DNA from: Vulcanimicrobiota bacterium
GTDB taxonomy: Bacteria; Vulcanimicrobiota; Vulcanimicrobiia; Vulcanimicrobiales; Vulcanimicrobiaceae
DNA: 64,000 nt
Direction: 5' to 3'
Assembly (NCBI GenBank): GCA_963820825.1
Contig: CAWGBN010000006.1
Location: 32,001-96,000 of the forward strand
In this document: one piece after another, positions 18,458 to 28,897 of the stretch
How positions within the stretch are numbered: position 1 is the stretch's first letter
How the letters are laid out: each line of letters begins with the position of its first letter
The notes under the pieces: generated by a model
What the model was told of the DNA's origin: nothing
The model's input: only the letters and a program-made list of their open reading frames with translations
Databases searched by the model: none
Translations under genes and position numbers: made by a program

Positions 18458-19012
18458 CTATCGACTAAATTCACTTCCAATTTTATCTTCTCCGCCCTGC
18501 AGCCAAAACAGGGCAAGCACGGTTTTTGCATCGGCCGCGCCGGCAGCGACCAACCGCCATGCCGCCGCAATTGAGAAGACTCCGACCTCGATGCGTTCGT
18601 CGTCGTCGAAGGCGGTCTCGCCGGCGCGCAGTTCTTCGGCATGGAAGAAATGCATCAACTCCGAGCAGAAGCCCGGCGAGGTCCAGACCGAGCCGATCTG
18701 CCGAATTCGTCCGGCAGAGTAACCGGTCTCCTCGCGCAGTTCGCGCAGCGCGCCGTCGATTGGGTCCTCGTCGCGCTCGGCGCTGCCCGCCGGAACCTCC
18801 CAGAGCATCGACCCGGCCGGGTGACGATACTGGCGGACGAGGACGAGCTCGCGCGGCGACGGCGTGGCGACGATTGCGAGCGACGCGCCGTGCTCGACGA
18901 CGTCGAGCCGATGTTCGGATCCGTCGGCGTACGCAACCTCGTCGACGCGCACGTTGAAGACGCGTCCCTCGAAGCAGCAGCGCGAGCTGCGGATGCGCGG
19001 GAGATCGTCCAT
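18458..19012 (-). CDS. NUDIX hydrolase (ADP-ribose pyrophosphatase NudF-like)
   Basis: LVRQYRHP, Nudix box EVPAG...ALRELREETG, SPGFCSE, DAKT. Confidence 0.9.
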   Translation of the reverse strand: MDDLPRIRSSRCCFEGRVFNVRVDEVAYADGSEHRLDVVEHGASLAIVATPSPRELVLVRQYRHPAGSMLWEVPAGSAERDEDPIDGALRELREETGYSAGRIRQIGSVWTSPGFCSELMHFFHAEELRAGETAFDDDERIEVGVFSIAAAWRLVAAGAADAKTVLALFWLQGGEDKIGSEFSR

Positions 19013-19063
19013 CGAGCGCCAGAGTTGGCGGAACGGCTCTCTCCCGCCTCGTAAGCAACTGCG

Positions 19064-19279
19064 ATGCCGCAACCTAGGCCCCGGTCTTCGGTCGGTACCG
19101 AGCTCGCCTGGCTCGGGTACTTTCTGGTCGTCTTCGTCTGCGCGGTCTATCTGCTCGTGCGATTGCTGGTGCCGCATCATTTCAACGACAAAATTGCGAT
19201 CGTGCTCGCGGCGATCTTCGCCGGGCTGATCTTGATCGCAACCCGCGCGTGGGTAACCCGGCGATGGCGACGCGGTTAG
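19064..19279 (+). CDS. Small two-TM membrane protein
   Basis: Two hydrophobic helices with a basic tail; overlaps the start of the TrmH-family gene. Confidence 0.6.
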   Translation: MPQPRPRSSVGTELAWLGYFLVVFVCAVYLLVRLLVPHHFNDKIAIVLAAIFAGLILIATRAWVTRRWRRG

Positions 19280-20097
19280 GCAACCGGGCCGAACGGCTCG
19301 GCGCGGTGCGCGCACTGCGAACGGTGAAGGGCCGGCGCGAGCATCAGCGCTTCGCCTTCGAAGGGTCGACGATGCTCGGCGAGGCCCTTGCCGCGAACTT
19401 CCCGATCCTCGAGCTCTACGTAACGCAGCCCGCGTACGATACGATCGCGCCGGTGCGCGATCTCGACGCCTCCGGGGTCCCAACCTTTCTCCTCGACCCG
19501 GCCGCCGCCGCGACTCTCTCCGACGTCGTTACGCCCAGCGGGATCGTCGCGGTCGCACCGACCCGCCGGCTCGACGCCCGCAGGCTCCTCGAGACCGGGA
19601 GTCCGCTGCTGGTCCTGGCCGACCTGAGCGACCCCGGAAATGCCGGCACGCTCCTGCGCTCGGGCGATGCCTTCGGCTGCGCGGGCCTCCTCTTCGGCTC
19701 GCTCGGTATCGACCCGTATCACCCCAAGGTCGTCCGAGGATCGATGGGGGGCATTTTCCGCCTTCCCGTGGCAGTCGCCGACCCGGCCCAAACCGCCGCG
19801 GCGGCCGCCGCCGCCGGCGTCCGGCTCCTCGGCCTCGCGACCGGCGGAAGGAGCCTGCAGGACGAGGAGTGGCCTTCTCCGCTGGCCATCGTCGTCGGGA
19901 ATGAGCGGCGGGGTTTGGGTGCCTGGCAGAGCATCTGCGAGCGCATCATTGAGATCCCGATGACCGGCGGCGCGGAGAGTCTTAGTGCAGGTGTCGCCGG
20001 CTCCGTTGCGCTGTATGAATCAAGCAAAAAAGCCCGTGAAAGCAAGCGTTGTCAAGAGAGTGTTTTGACCGAAAAAAGTCAAGACTACCGATGTTAA
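19264..20097 (+). CDS. TrmH/SpoU family RNA methyltransferase
   Basis: DPGNAGTLLRS, KVVRGSMG, VGNERRGL, IPMTGGAESLS. Confidence 0.92.
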   Translation: MATRLGNRAERLGAVRALRTVKGRREHQRFAFEGSTMLGEALAANFPILELYVTQPAYDTIAPVRDLDASGVPTFLLDPAAAATLSDVVTPSGIVAVAPTRRLDARRLLETGSPLLVLADLSDPGNAGTLLRSGDAFGCAGLLFGSLGIDPYHPKVVRGSMGGIFRLPVAVADPAQTAAAAAAAGVRLLGLATGGRSLQDEEWPSPLAIVVGNERRGLGAWQSICERIIEIPMTGGAESLSAGVAGSVALYESSKKARESKRCQESVLTEKSQDYRC

Positions 20098-20172
20098 AAG
20101 ACGCGTGGTATACTCAGCCAACGTCAAGTGGGCCGCGCCGGAGCCGACGGCTCAAAAGGAGACAGCAAGCGC

Positions 20173-20274
20173 ATGGCAACGTCCAATCTCTTCTGGAGGC
20201 TTTTCGCCCAAACGGGATCGATCGACGCCTACCTAGCGTATCGAAGGCTGCACGCGGCACCCTCACCTTCCTGA
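20173..20274 (+). CDS. YqzL-like small protein (33 aa, MATSNLFWRLFAQTGSIDAYLAYRRLHAAPSPS)
   Basis: AAAGGAG RBS; FWxxFxxTGxIxxYL pattern of the YqzL family. Below the ORF-track length cutoff. Confidence 0.75.
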   Translation: MATSNLFWRLFAQTGSIDAYLAYRRLHAAPSPS

Positions 20275-20317
20275 CTATTTTAGCCGCACAACAACAGACC
20301 AAAAGTCGGTTTTGGAG

Positions 20318-20355
20318 GCGCCCGGTAACGTAGAACGAACCGGGCGCTTTGCTTT
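20318..20355 (+). terminator. Terminator-like hairpin immediately upstream of the pheS RBS
   Basis: GCGCCCGGT-N12-ACCGGGCGC followed by TTTGCTTT. Confidence 0.55.
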
Positions 20356-20364
20356 GGAAGAGCG

Positions 20365-21399
20365 ATGACGGATTTAACGGACGAGCTTCGCCGTCTGCGA
20401 GAACGCTTCGACGCCGCGGCCGCCGCTGCAAACGACGAAGCGGCACTCGAAAACGTGCGCGTTACCTATCTGGGACGCAGCGGCGAGGTCACGAAGGTTC
20501 GCCGGACGATCGGCACGCTCGCACCGCAGGAACGCCCGGGCGCGGGAAAGGCGATCAACGACGCGGTCGCCGCGATGGAGGCACGGCTAGCGGAGCTCCA
20601 GGCGCGCATCGAGGCACGCGCCTTCGAGGAGGAGCTCGCGGCCTCGATCGACGTGACGTTTCCCGCGACTCCGGCGAAACTCGGCTCGATTCATCCGGTC
20701 CGGCGGATCGTCGCCGAGAGCTGCGCCTACTTCACGCGGCACGGCTTTGCCGTCGTCGTCGGCCCTGAAGCGGAACCCGACTACTATAACTTCGACGCGC
20801 TCAACATTCCGAGCGAGCATCCGGCGCGCGAGAGCTTCGATTCGTTCTGGCTGACCGGCACGACCCTGCTGCGTCCGCATACCTCGCCGATGCAAGTTCG
20901 CACGATGCAGCAGCACGCGCCGCCGATTGCGATCGTCGCCCCGGGAAAGTGCTACCGGCGCGACGCCGTCGACGCACGCCACCTCTTTCAATTTCATCAG
21001 GTCGAAGGGCTGCTCGTCGCCGAGGGCATTCACTTCGGTCACCTCAAGGGGATGTTGACCGGGCTCTGTCGCGAGCTCTTCGGCGCGAGCCAGAGCGTCC
21101 GTTTTCGCCCCTCGTACTTTCCCTTTACCGAACCGAGCGCCGAGGTCGACACGACCTGCCCGAAATGCCGCGGCAAGACCTCGAGCTGCAACATGTGCGG
21201 CGGCTCGGGGTGGATCGAACTCGGCGGATCGGGAATGGTGCATCCCAATGTCCTGCGAGAAGTCGGCTACGATCCCGAACGCTACTCGGGTTGGGCCTTT
21301 GGTTTCGGCGTCGAGCGGCTGGGTTTGGCGCGTTACGAAGTCGACGACATTCGGCGATTCGTCAACGGCGATCCCGATTTTCTCCGGCAGCTAAGCTGA
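20365..21399 (+). CDS. pheS: Phenylalanine--tRNA ligase alpha subunit
   Basis: NFDALNIP.EHPAR, LRPHTSPMQ, FHQVEG, FRPSYFPFTEPS, GMVHPNV, FGFGVER. Confidence 0.98.
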   Translation: MTDLTDELRRLRERFDAAAAAANDEAALENVRVTYLGRSGEVTKVRRTIGTLAPQERPGAGKAINDAVAAMEARLAELQARIEARAFEEELAASIDVTFPATPAKLGSIHPVRRIVAESCAYFTRHGFAVVVGPEAEPDYYNFDALNIPSEHPARESFDSFWLTGTTLLRPHTSPMQVRTMQQHAPPIAIVAPGKCYRRDAVDARHLFQFHQVEGLLVAEGIHFGHLKGMLTGLCRELFGASQSVRFRPSYFPFTEPSAEVDTTCPKCRGKTSSCNMCGGSGWIELGGSGMVHPNVLREVGYDPERYSGWAFGFGVERLGLARYEVDDIRRFVNGDPDFLRQLS

Positions 21400-21409
21400 G
21401 CGCCGAACG

Positions 21410-23740
21410 GTGCGCGTCCCAATAAGCTGGCTGCGCGAGTACGTCGCGCTACCGAACGAAACCGAGGCGATCGCGGAACGGCTTGCGATGCTCGGCTTCC
21501 CCGTCGCGGCGATCGAACGCCGGCCGCGCATCTCCGGCGTCGTCACAGGCCGCATCGCAAGCGTCGAAAAGCATCCGAATGCCGACCGGCTGCTCGTCGC
21601 GCGAGTCGACGTTGCGCGCGAGAGCCCGCTGACGATCGCCACCGCCGCCACGAACGTCGCGGCGGGCCAGACCATCTCGGTCGCAACGATCGGTGCAAAG
21701 CTGCCCCAACTGACGATCGAGGCCCGAACGATGCGCGGCGTCGCGTCGCAGGGCATGATGATCTCGGCCGACGAGCTGGCACTGCCGGCCGACTGGTTCG
21801 AAGACGGGATCATGCAGCTCGACGGCACGATTGAACCCGGACTCGACGCGGTCGAGCTCTTCGGCCTCGACACCGACGTCCTCGACGTCGAGATTACCGC
21901 GAACCGCCCCGACTCGATGTCGATCCTCGGCCTGGCCCGCGAGCTCGCGGCTTCGTACGGCGTCGCGTTGCGGTTGCCGTCGTTTGAGAATCCGGGGGAT
22001 CGCGAGGAACCGCCGGGTAAGGCTCCGGCGGTCTCGATCGATTCGTCCGACTGCTACCGGTTCGTCGCACAACGATTCGACGGCGTCACCGTCGAGCCGG
22101 CGCCGGCATGGATGCGCGTCCGGCTCGCGCTCGCCGGCCAGCGCCCGATCAACAATCTCGTCGACGTCTCCAACTATGTCATGCTCGAGACCGGGCAGCC
22201 GCTGCACTTTTACGATGCCGCAATGGTTGCGGGCAACCGGCTCGCGGTGCGAAGCGCACGCGAAGGAGAGCGGATCGTCACGCTCGACGGCGTCGAACGA
22301 ACGCTCGAGCCGCAAGCGCTCGTCATCGCCGACGACGAGCGGGCGCTCGGCCTTGCCGGGCTGATGGGCGGCGCGACGAGCGAAGTCACCGCCATGACGA
22401 CCGCGATCGTGCTCGAAGCGGCCAACTTCAACGGGACGCGCGTTCGCCGCATGAGTGCGGCACTCGCGCTTCGCAGCGAGGCCTCGTCGCGTCACGAGAA
22501 GTCGCTGGCGCCGGCGTTGACCGATATCGGAGCGGCACGCGCGGCGCAACTGCTCCGCGACCTGGGCGCGACCGCCTACCGGCCGCGCGCGTTCGGCGGC
22601 GAGATTCTCACGCCGGCCGCGATTGCGTTGCCGGTTGCCGACGTCGAACGATTGCTCGGGATGCGAATCGACGCGGGCCGGATTGCGGCGCACCTTACCG
22701 CGCTCGGCTGCGAGGTGCGCTCGGAGAGCGATGCGACGCTCGCCGTGACGCCGCCCCTCTGGCGGCTTGATTTGACGATTCCCGCCGACTTGGTCGAGGA
22801 GGTCGCGCGCGTCGAAGGCTACGACCGGATTCCGGCGGTCGTGCCGTCGGTTCCCGCTCACGAGATCTCGAGCGCCGCCTTCGAGTTGGAGAATGCGATC
22901 GCGCAGGTTCTCGCCGGCCTCGGATATCGTGAAATCGTTACGCATTCGCTGCGCGCGACGGGCGACGCCGATTCGATCGAAGTGCGCAACCCGCTCTCCG
23001 AGGAACACCGCTTTCTTCGCGATTCGCTCGCTCCCGGAATGATCGAGTATCTCGCGGGCGTCGCGGTGCCCGCGCGCGTCTTCGAGCTCGGTCAGATCTT
23101 TCGTCGCGACGGCGATCGCATCGACGAGCGCACGGCGATCGGTTTCGGATTCTCCACGCAGCGCAGCGGCGAGCCGCCGTGGCGCGATTCGGATTTTCTG
23201 CGATTGAAGGGCGATTGCGAAGCGTTGCTGCGCGCCGTAACCGGTCGCGCGGCGGAGGTCTTGCCCGGAACGCGGCCCGCGTTCCATCCCGGTAAGACCG
23301 GAATCGTTCTCATCGACGGAGGCGAGCTGGGCACAATTGGCTGCGTCGATCCGCGGCTGACCAAAGCGCGCGATCTCAACGGGAACGCCTACCTCTGTCT
23401 GCTCGAGACGGGTGCGATTCCGGCCTACCGGACTCCGCACTACCGGCCGCCGTCGCGCTTTCCGTCGACATATCGCGATCTCGCGCTCGTCGTCGAGACT
23501 TCAGTCGCCGCGCGCGAGATCGAGCAGAGCGTCTCCGAGCTCCTCGGCGCGCTCTGCACCGGCGTCGCCGTCTTCGACGAATACCGCGGACCACAAATCG
23601 GAGACGGCCGCAAGAGCCTCGCGGTGCGCATCACGTTGCAGCGGTTCGATACAACGATTACCGACGAGGAGGCCGACGCGGCGGTCGGTCGCGTACTCGA
23701 TGCGATGCGCGAGCGATTCGGAGCGACGATTCGAGCGTGA
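21410..23740 (+). CDS. pheT: Phenylalanine--tRNA ligase beta subunit
   Basis: MRVPISWLREYV, HPNADRL, ITANRPD, RPINNLVDVSNYVMLETGQPLHFYD, C-terminal FDX-ACB domain. Confidence 0.98.
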   Translation: MRVPISWLREYVALPNETEAIAERLAMLGFPVAAIERRPRISGVVTGRIASVEKHPNADRLLVARVDVARESPLTIATAATNVAAGQTISVATIGAKLPQLTIEARTMRGVASQGMMISADELALPADWFEDGIMQLDGTIEPGLDAVELFGLDTDVLDVEITANRPDSMSILGLARELAASYGVALRLPSFENPGDREEPPGKAPAVSIDSSDCYRFVAQRFDGVTVEPAPAWMRVRLALAGQRPINNLVDVSNYVMLETGQPLHFYDAAMVAGNRLAVRSAREGERIVTLDGVERTLEPQALVIADDERALGLAGLMGGATSEVTAMTTAIVLEAANFNGTRVRRMSAALALRSEASSRHEKSLAPALTDIGAARAAQLLRDLGATAYRPRAFGGEILTPAAIALPVADVERLLGMRIDAGRIAAHLTALGCEVRSESDATLAVTPPLWRLDLTIPADLVEEVARVEGYDRIPAVVPSVPAHEISSAAFELENAIAQVLAGLGYREIVTHSLRATGDADSIEVRNPLSEEHRFLRDSLAPGMIEYLAGVAVPARVFELGQIFRRDGDRIDERTAIGFGFSTQRSGEPPWRDSDFLRLKGDCEALLRAVTGRAAEVLPGTRPAFHPGKTGIVLIDGGELGTIGCVDPRLTKARDLNGNAYLCLLETGAIPAYRTPHYRPPSRFPSTYRDLALVVETSVAAREIEQSVSELLGALCTGVAVFDEYRGPQIGDGRKSLAVRITLQRFDTTITDEEADAAVGRVLDAMRERFGATIRA

Positions 23741-24282
23741 TCTTTGGGGCCGCCCCGTGGGTGGACGTCATCGTCGTCATCGTGCTGGTCATCGCAACGT
23801 ATAAGGGTTTTTCGCGAGGCTTCGTATCGGAACTGGGCGGCGCGGTCGCCGCAACCGCCGCGTTGGTAACGCCCTGGTTCTACAACGGCGCATTCGATCC
23901 GCAGATCGCACGGCTGCTCAACCTCGGGCCGGGCTCCGCGCACGTCATCGGCATGTTTGCCACGGGCCTCGCCACCTACCTCGCGATCTTAGTGATCGCG
24001 CGCATGCTCGGGACGATCGCAAAGCTTCCGCTGCTCGGATTCGGCAACTCGATCGGCGGAGCGATCGTCGGGTTTACGAAGGGAGCGTTTCTCCTGTGGC
24101 TCGTGCTCTTCGTCGCGCTCTACTTTCCACTCTCACGCGACATTCGCGACGGTCTCCATCAGTCGCGGCTCGCGCCGTACCTCGTGACCTACGACGCGCC
24201 GATCGACGAAGCGATTCTCTCGACCATTCCCTGGTTCGCGCGGCCCTTCGTTATGCCGTACTTTCGGCGACACCACTTGTAA
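23737..24282 (+). CDS. CvpA family membrane protein
   Basis: D..IVIVL...GFSRGFVSE, GGAIVGFTKG; four TM helices; GTGA overlap with pheT. Confidence 0.85.
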   Translation: MIFGAAPWVDVIVVIVLVIATYKGFSRGFVSELGGAVAATAALVTPWFYNGAFDPQIARLLNLGPGSAHVIGMFATGLATYLAILVIARMLGTIAKLPLLGFGNSIGGAIVGFTKGAFLLWLVLFVALYFPLSRDIRDGLHQSRLAPYLVTYDAPIDEAILSTIPWFARPFVMPYFRRHHL

Positions 24283-25363
24283 CGGGCAACTCGAATTCGA
24301 TCGCCGCGAGCGCACCGAGTACGTCGGCCTCGCTCACGTCGCCCATCGTGCCGAAGCGCACGATCTTCCCCGCGAGCTCACCCTGACCGCCCGCGAGCAC
24401 GACGCCGTGCTTTTCACGTAAGCTGCGCAGCAACGCCTTCGCCTCGACGCCCGCCGGCGGATAGGCGGCGACGACCGTCGGCGAGTGCGCACCGGGGTGC
24501 GAGACGAGCGTAAAGCCCATCTCGACGAGCGCCGAGCGGACGATCTCCGCAAAGCGCGCGTGGCGCGAAAAGACCGCTTCCATTCCCTCGGCGTGATAGC
24601 GCTGCAAGGCGAGGTCGAGTGCGTAGAGCATCGAAATCGGCGGTGTCCAGGGCGTCTCGCCGGCGTGCGCAAAATCGCGAGCGCGCCGCAGATCGAAATA
24701 ATAGCGTGGCGTTCCCGCCCGCGCGGTGCGCGCCCAGGCGCGTTCGCTCAAGGCGGCCATGGCGACGCCGGGAGGCGCGGCAAAACCCTTCTGCGATGCG
24801 GTGACCACGCCGTCGTATCCCCATTCGTCCATACGAAACTCGGAGGCTCCGATTCCGCTGACCGAGTCGACGAGCGAGACGGCGTGGTGCGCGCGCAAAA
24901 CCTTTGCGATCGCCGCCATGTCGCAGGCAACGCCGGTGGAGGTTTCGTTGTGCGTCAGCAGGACGCCGTCGATATGCCGCTCCGCGCCGCGCGCGAGCCG
25001 CGCGGCAAGCGCCGCCGGATCGAGCGCGGCGCCGAGCGGCGTCTCGAGCGGTTCGACGATGCAGCCGTATGCGGTCGCGATCTCGGCAAAGCGCTTGCCG
25101 AACGCGCCGACGGCACACGAGAGCAGCCGCTCTCCCGGTGAGAAGACGTTCGTAACGACCGCTTCGAGCGCACCCGTTCCGGAACTCCCGAGCAGCACGA
25201 CCTCTTGACTCGTGCCAAACGCCGCCGGCAGCGCAGCGGTAATGCGAGCGAGCAGCGCGGCAAACTCTTCGCCGCGGTGGTTGACGAGCGGTCGCGCGGC
25301 GGCCTGCAGCACCGGCTCCGCGACCGTGACCGGTCCGGGAAGGAATAAGAGTTGCCTTGGCAT
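24251..25363 (-). CDS. Class V PLP aminotransferase (alanine--glyoxylate / serine--pyruvate family)
   Basis: LFLPGPV, HRGEEF, SSGTGALE, HNETSTGV, VDSVS, ASQKG. Confidence 0.92.
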   Translation of the reverse strand: MPRQLLFLPGPVTVAEPVLQAAARPLVNHRGEEFAALLARITAALPAAFGTSQEVVLLGSSGTGALEAVVTNVFSPGERLLSCAVGAFGKRFAEIATAYGCIVEPLETPLGAALDPAALAARLARGAERHIDGVLLTHNETSTGVACDMAAIAKVLRAHHAVSLVDSVSGIGASEFRMDEWGYDGVVTASQKGFAAPPGVAMAALSERAWARTARAGTPRYYFDLRRARDFAHAGETPWTPPISMLYALDLALQRYHAEGMEAVFSRHARFAEIVRSALVEMGFTLVSHPGAHSPTVVAAYPPAGVEAKALLRSLREKHGVVLAGGQGELAGKIVRFGTMGDVSEADVLGALAAIEFELPVTSGVAESTA

Positions 25364-25378
25364 CGAAACCCACTTTCG

Positions 25379-26413
25379 ATGGACGTTGCAGGCATCCGCC
25401 TAACCGAGCTTTCGAGCTGCGCCGGCTGCGCGGCGAAGCTGGGCGCAGCCGAGTTGCGCCGAGTTATGGAGCGCGTTTCGCCCGCGACCGACGACCGCGT
25501 TCTCGTCGGCTACGGAAGCAGCGACGACGCCGGCGTCTACCAGCTTCGAGAGGATCTCGCGCTCGTCGCGACCGTCGATTTCTTCACGCCGATCGTCGAC
25601 GACCCGTTCGACTTCGGCCGCATCGCCGCAACGAACGCGCTCTCCGACGTCTACGCGATGGGCGGCCGGCCGTTGACCGCGCTGAACATCGTCGCCTTTC
25701 CCGAGGATCTCGATCTCGAAATTCTCGCGCGCATTCTCGAAGGCGGCGCGAGCGTCGCCCGCTCTGCAAAGGTGGCCGTGATCGGCGGCCACACGATTAA
25801 AGATTCCGAGCCGAAGTACGGTATGGCCGTCACCGGGGTCGTCGATCCCAAGCGCATCGTCACCAATGCGGCGGCGCGGCCCGGCGATCTGCTGGTGCTG
25901 ACCAAGCCGCTCGGCACGGGCGTGCTTACGACCGCGCTCAAGCGCGCCGCGATCGCGGCGCCCGAGCTCGAGGAAGCGGTGCGCGCGATGACGACGCTCA
26001 ACGACGTCGCCGCGAACGCGATGCTCGCCGCCGGCGCGCTCGCGGCAACGGACGTCACCGGCTTCGGATTGCTCGGCCACGCCGCCAATATGGCACGCGC
26101 TTCCAAGGTGCGGCTCGTCATCGAGGCCGCGGCGGTGCCGTTCATGAACCGCGTGCTCGAGCTCGTCGAGGCCGGCTTCGTGCCGGGCGGAACGCGACGC
26201 AACGCCGAGACGCATGCGGAGTTTACCGAGTTTGCAGGCTCGGTACCGCAGGCCGTCCGCATCGGACTCTCCGACGCGCAGACCTCGGGCGGTCTATTGA
26301 TCGCCATCGGCTCCGCGCGCGCCGGCGAGCTGATCCGCGCACTCGAAGGCAGCGGCACGCTCGCCGCCGTCATCGGCGCGGTGCGCGAGGGCGCGGATAT
26401 CGAAGTGCGGTAA
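25379..26413 (+). CDS. selD: Selenide, water dikinase (Cys form)
   Basis: RLTELSSCAGCAAK, DDAGVY, TVDFFTPIVDDP, NALSDVYAMGG, GGHT, DVTGFGLLGH, DAQTSGGLL. Confidence 0.96.
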   Translation: MDVAGIRLTELSSCAGCAAKLGAAELRRVMERVSPATDDRVLVGYGSSDDAGVYQLREDLALVATVDFFTPIVDDPFDFGRIAATNALSDVYAMGGRPLTALNIVAFPEDLDLEILARILEGGASVARSAKVAVIGGHTIKDSEPKYGMAVTGVVDPKRIVTNAAARPGDLLVLTKPLGTGVLTTALKRAAIAAPELEEAVRAMTTLNDVAANAMLAAGALAATDVTGFGLLGHAANMARASKVRLVIEAAAVPFMNRVLELVEAGFVPGGTRRNAETHAEFTEFAGSVPQAVRIGLSDAQTSGGLLIAIGSARAGELIRALEGSGTLAAVIGAVREGADIEVR

Positions 26414-26416
26414 CCG

Positions 26417-28894
26417 CTAGCGCTTGACGGGCTTGCGGAGCGACCGGCGCTTGAGGACGCCGTTGCGGCGCTTTGCCTGACCCGGACGCAAGCGCAGCGG
26501 CACGACGTTGCTCACCTTCGATTGATCGCCGAGCGGCACCGGCGAGATGACGCGTTTGCCGAGCGCGTGATGGAAGACCTCGGAGAGCTCGTCGACCGGA
26601 ACGAAGCTCATGCTCTCGCGGATCTCCTTGGGAATGTCCTCGAGGTCGATCTCGTTGCGCCGCGGGTAGAGGATCTTGCTGATGCCCGCGCGCTTTGCGC
26701 CGAGCACCTTCTCCTTGAGACCGCCGATCGGCAAGACTTGGCCGGTCAAGGTGATCTCGCCGGTCATCGCCAGACTCGGATCGACCTTGATGCCGGTCAG
26801 CATCGAGGCGAGCGAGGTTGCCAGTGCGATGCCGGCCGAGGGTCCGTCCTTCGGCGTCGCGCCGGTGGGAACGTGAATGTGTATGTCGTGTTTGGAGAAG
26901 TACTCTTCTGGTAAGCCGAGCTCGTTCGAGCGCGATCGCAGAAACGAGACGGCGGCCTGCGCGCTCTCCTTCATGACGTCGCCGAGCTGTCCGGTGAGCA
27001 CGAGTTTTCCGGTGCCCGGCATCCCCTGCGTTTCGATGAAGAGAATGTCGCCGCCGACCGGCGTGTAGGCCATGCCGGTCGCGACGCCGACCGATGCAAC
27101 TCGTTTGCGCACTTCGTTGAAGAAGCGCGGTTTGCTGAGATAGTCGGCGAGATTCTCCGGCTTGACCCGCGCCTTGAAGCGCGAACTCTCGGCGATCTTG
27201 CGCGCGGTTTTGCGGAAGACGCTTCCGATCTCGCGTTCCAGGTTGCGAACGCCCGCCTCGCGCGTGTAGTCGTTGATGATCGCGCGAAGGGCGGCGTCGC
27301 TGATCTGCGCCTGCGACTCGCGCAAGCCGTTGTTCTCGCGCTGCTTCTTGACCAGGTAGCGTCGTGCGATCTGCAGCTTCTCGAGCTCGGTGTATCCCGA
27401 GAGCGTGATGATCTCCATGCGGTCGCGCAGCGGCGGCGAGATCGTATCGAGCGTGTTGGCGGTGCAGATGAAGAGCACTTGCGAGAGATCGAACGGCAGA
27501 TCGAGATAGTGATCGCGAAAGTGAACGTTCTGTTCGGGATCGAGCACCTCGAGCAGCGCGGATTGCGGGTCGCCGCGAAAATCCGAGCCGACCTTGTCGA
27601 TCTCGTCGATCATCATGACTGGGTTGCGCGTTCCGGCGTCGCGGATCGCTCGCACGATCGAGCCCGGCATCGCGCCGATATAGGTGCGGCGATGACCGCG
27701 GATCTCGGCTTCGTCGTGCACGCCGCCGACCGAGAGACGGACGAACTTGCGGCCCATCGCGCGCGCGATCGATTGGCCGAGCGAGGTCTTGCCGACGCCC
27801 GGCGGCCCGACGAAACAGAGGATCGGTCCGGTCAATCGCTTCTTGAGTTTGCCGACCGCTAAATACTCGATGATCCGTTCCTTGATCTTGTCGAGGTCGT
27901 AGTGATCCTCATCGAGGATCGTGCGCGCGGCCTTGATATCGATGTGATCGGCAGTCTCGGTATTCCACGGCAGCGTGACGAGCCAGTCGAGATAGGTGCG
28001 AATGACCCCATACTCGGGGCTCGCTTGCGGCACGCGCGAGAGGCGCTCGAGCTCGCGATCGGCGGCCTTTTTGACCTCTTCGGGCATCGCGGCTGCGTCG
28101 ATCTTCGTGCGCAGCTCGTTGGTCTCGGCTTGCTGCGGATCGACCTCGCCCAACTCTTCCTGAATCGCGCGCAGCTGCTGGCGGAGATAGAACTCGCGCT
28201 GATTCTTCTCCATCTCGCGCTGGATGTCGCTTTGAATCTTGTGACCGAGCTCGACGACTTCCAGCTCTTTGGTGAGCAGAAGCGTCAGCTTGCGCATCCG
28301 CTTGGCCGTATCGCGCTCTTCGAGCAGGGCTTGGCGATCAGCCGTCTCCAACCGCATCGTCGATGCGACGAAGTAGGTCAGAACGACCGGATCGGTGATA
28401 TTCGCAACCTCCATCTCCATCTCGCGCGGAGCCTGCGGCAGATAGGAGAGGAGCTTCTGGAATAGGCCGGCGAGATTGCGCTGCATTGCGACGAGCTCTT
28501 CGTTTTCGACCGTCGAATCGGGGAGCTCGGTATAGGCCGCAACCATATAGGGCGCCGTCTGCGTGAACTGCTCGATCTTGAAGACTTGCTGCCCGGCGAC
28601 GATGCAGCGCAGCGTTCCGTCGGGAACCTTGAGCATCTTCTGAATGACGCCGATCGTTCCGATCCGTTGCACGTCGTCGGGACCGGGATCTTCGATTTCG
28701 CGATCGCGCAGCACGACCAGTCCGATCGGCTTGCCTTCGCGAAGTGCCTCTTCGACGAGCTGGATGCCGGGCTTCTTGACGACCGCGAGCGGGATGACGG
28801 TGTGCGGGAAGAGCACCGCTTCCTGCAGGGGCAGAATGCCGATCAGGTTCGCGGGCACGATGGCGCTTTCGTTTTTCTCGGGTTTCTCGGGCAT
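26417..28894 (-). CDS. lon: ATP-dependent Lon protease
   Basis: Lon N-domain, Walker [32 protein letters not shown]. Confidence 0.98.
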   Translation of the reverse strand: MPEKPEKNESAIVPANLIGILPLQEAVLFPHTVIPLAVVKKPGIQLVEEALREGKPIGLVVLRDREIEDPGPDDVQRIGTIGVIQKMLKVPDGTLRCIVAGQQVFKIEQFTQTAPYMVAAYTELPDSTVENEELVAMQRNLAGLFQKLLSYLPQAPREMEMEVANITDPVVLTYFVASTMRLETADRQALLEERDTAKRMRKLTLLLTKELEVVELGHKIQSDIQREMEKNQREFYLRQQLRAIQEELGEVDPQQAETNELRTKIDAAAMPEEVKKAADRELERLSRVPQASPEYGVIRTYLDWLVTLPWNTETADHIDIKAARTILDEDHYDLDKIKERIIEYLAVGKLKKRLTGPILCFVGPPGVGKTSLGQSIARAMGRKFVRLSVGGVHDEAEIRGHRRTYIGAMPGSIVRAIRDAGTRNPVMMIDEIDKVGSDFRGDPQSALLEVLDPEQNVHFRDHYLDLPFDLSQVLFICTANTLDTISPPLRDRMEIITLSGYTELEKLQIARRYLVKKQRENNGLRESQAQISDAALRAIINDYTREAGVRNLEREIGSVFRKTARKIAESSRFKARVKPENLADYLSKPRFFNEVRKRVASVGVATGMAYTPVGGDILFIETQGMPGTGKLVLTGQLGDVMKESAQAAVSFLRSRSNELGLPEEYFSKHDIHIHVPTGATPKDGPSAGIALATSLASMLTGIKVDPSLAMTGEITLTGQVLPIGGLKEKVLGAKRAGISKILYPRRNEIDLEDIPKEIRESMSFVPVDELSEVFHHALGKRVISPVPLGDQSKVSNVVPLRLRPGQAKRRNGVLKRRSLRKPVKR

Positions 28895-28897
28895 CGT

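Noticed and set aside
20275..20364. T-box riboswitch before pheS
   Set aside because: Region is too short and lacks the UGGNACC T-box sequence.
25415..25435. Possible selenocysteine in the SelD active site
   Set aside because: Both codons are TGC; there is no in-frame TGA.
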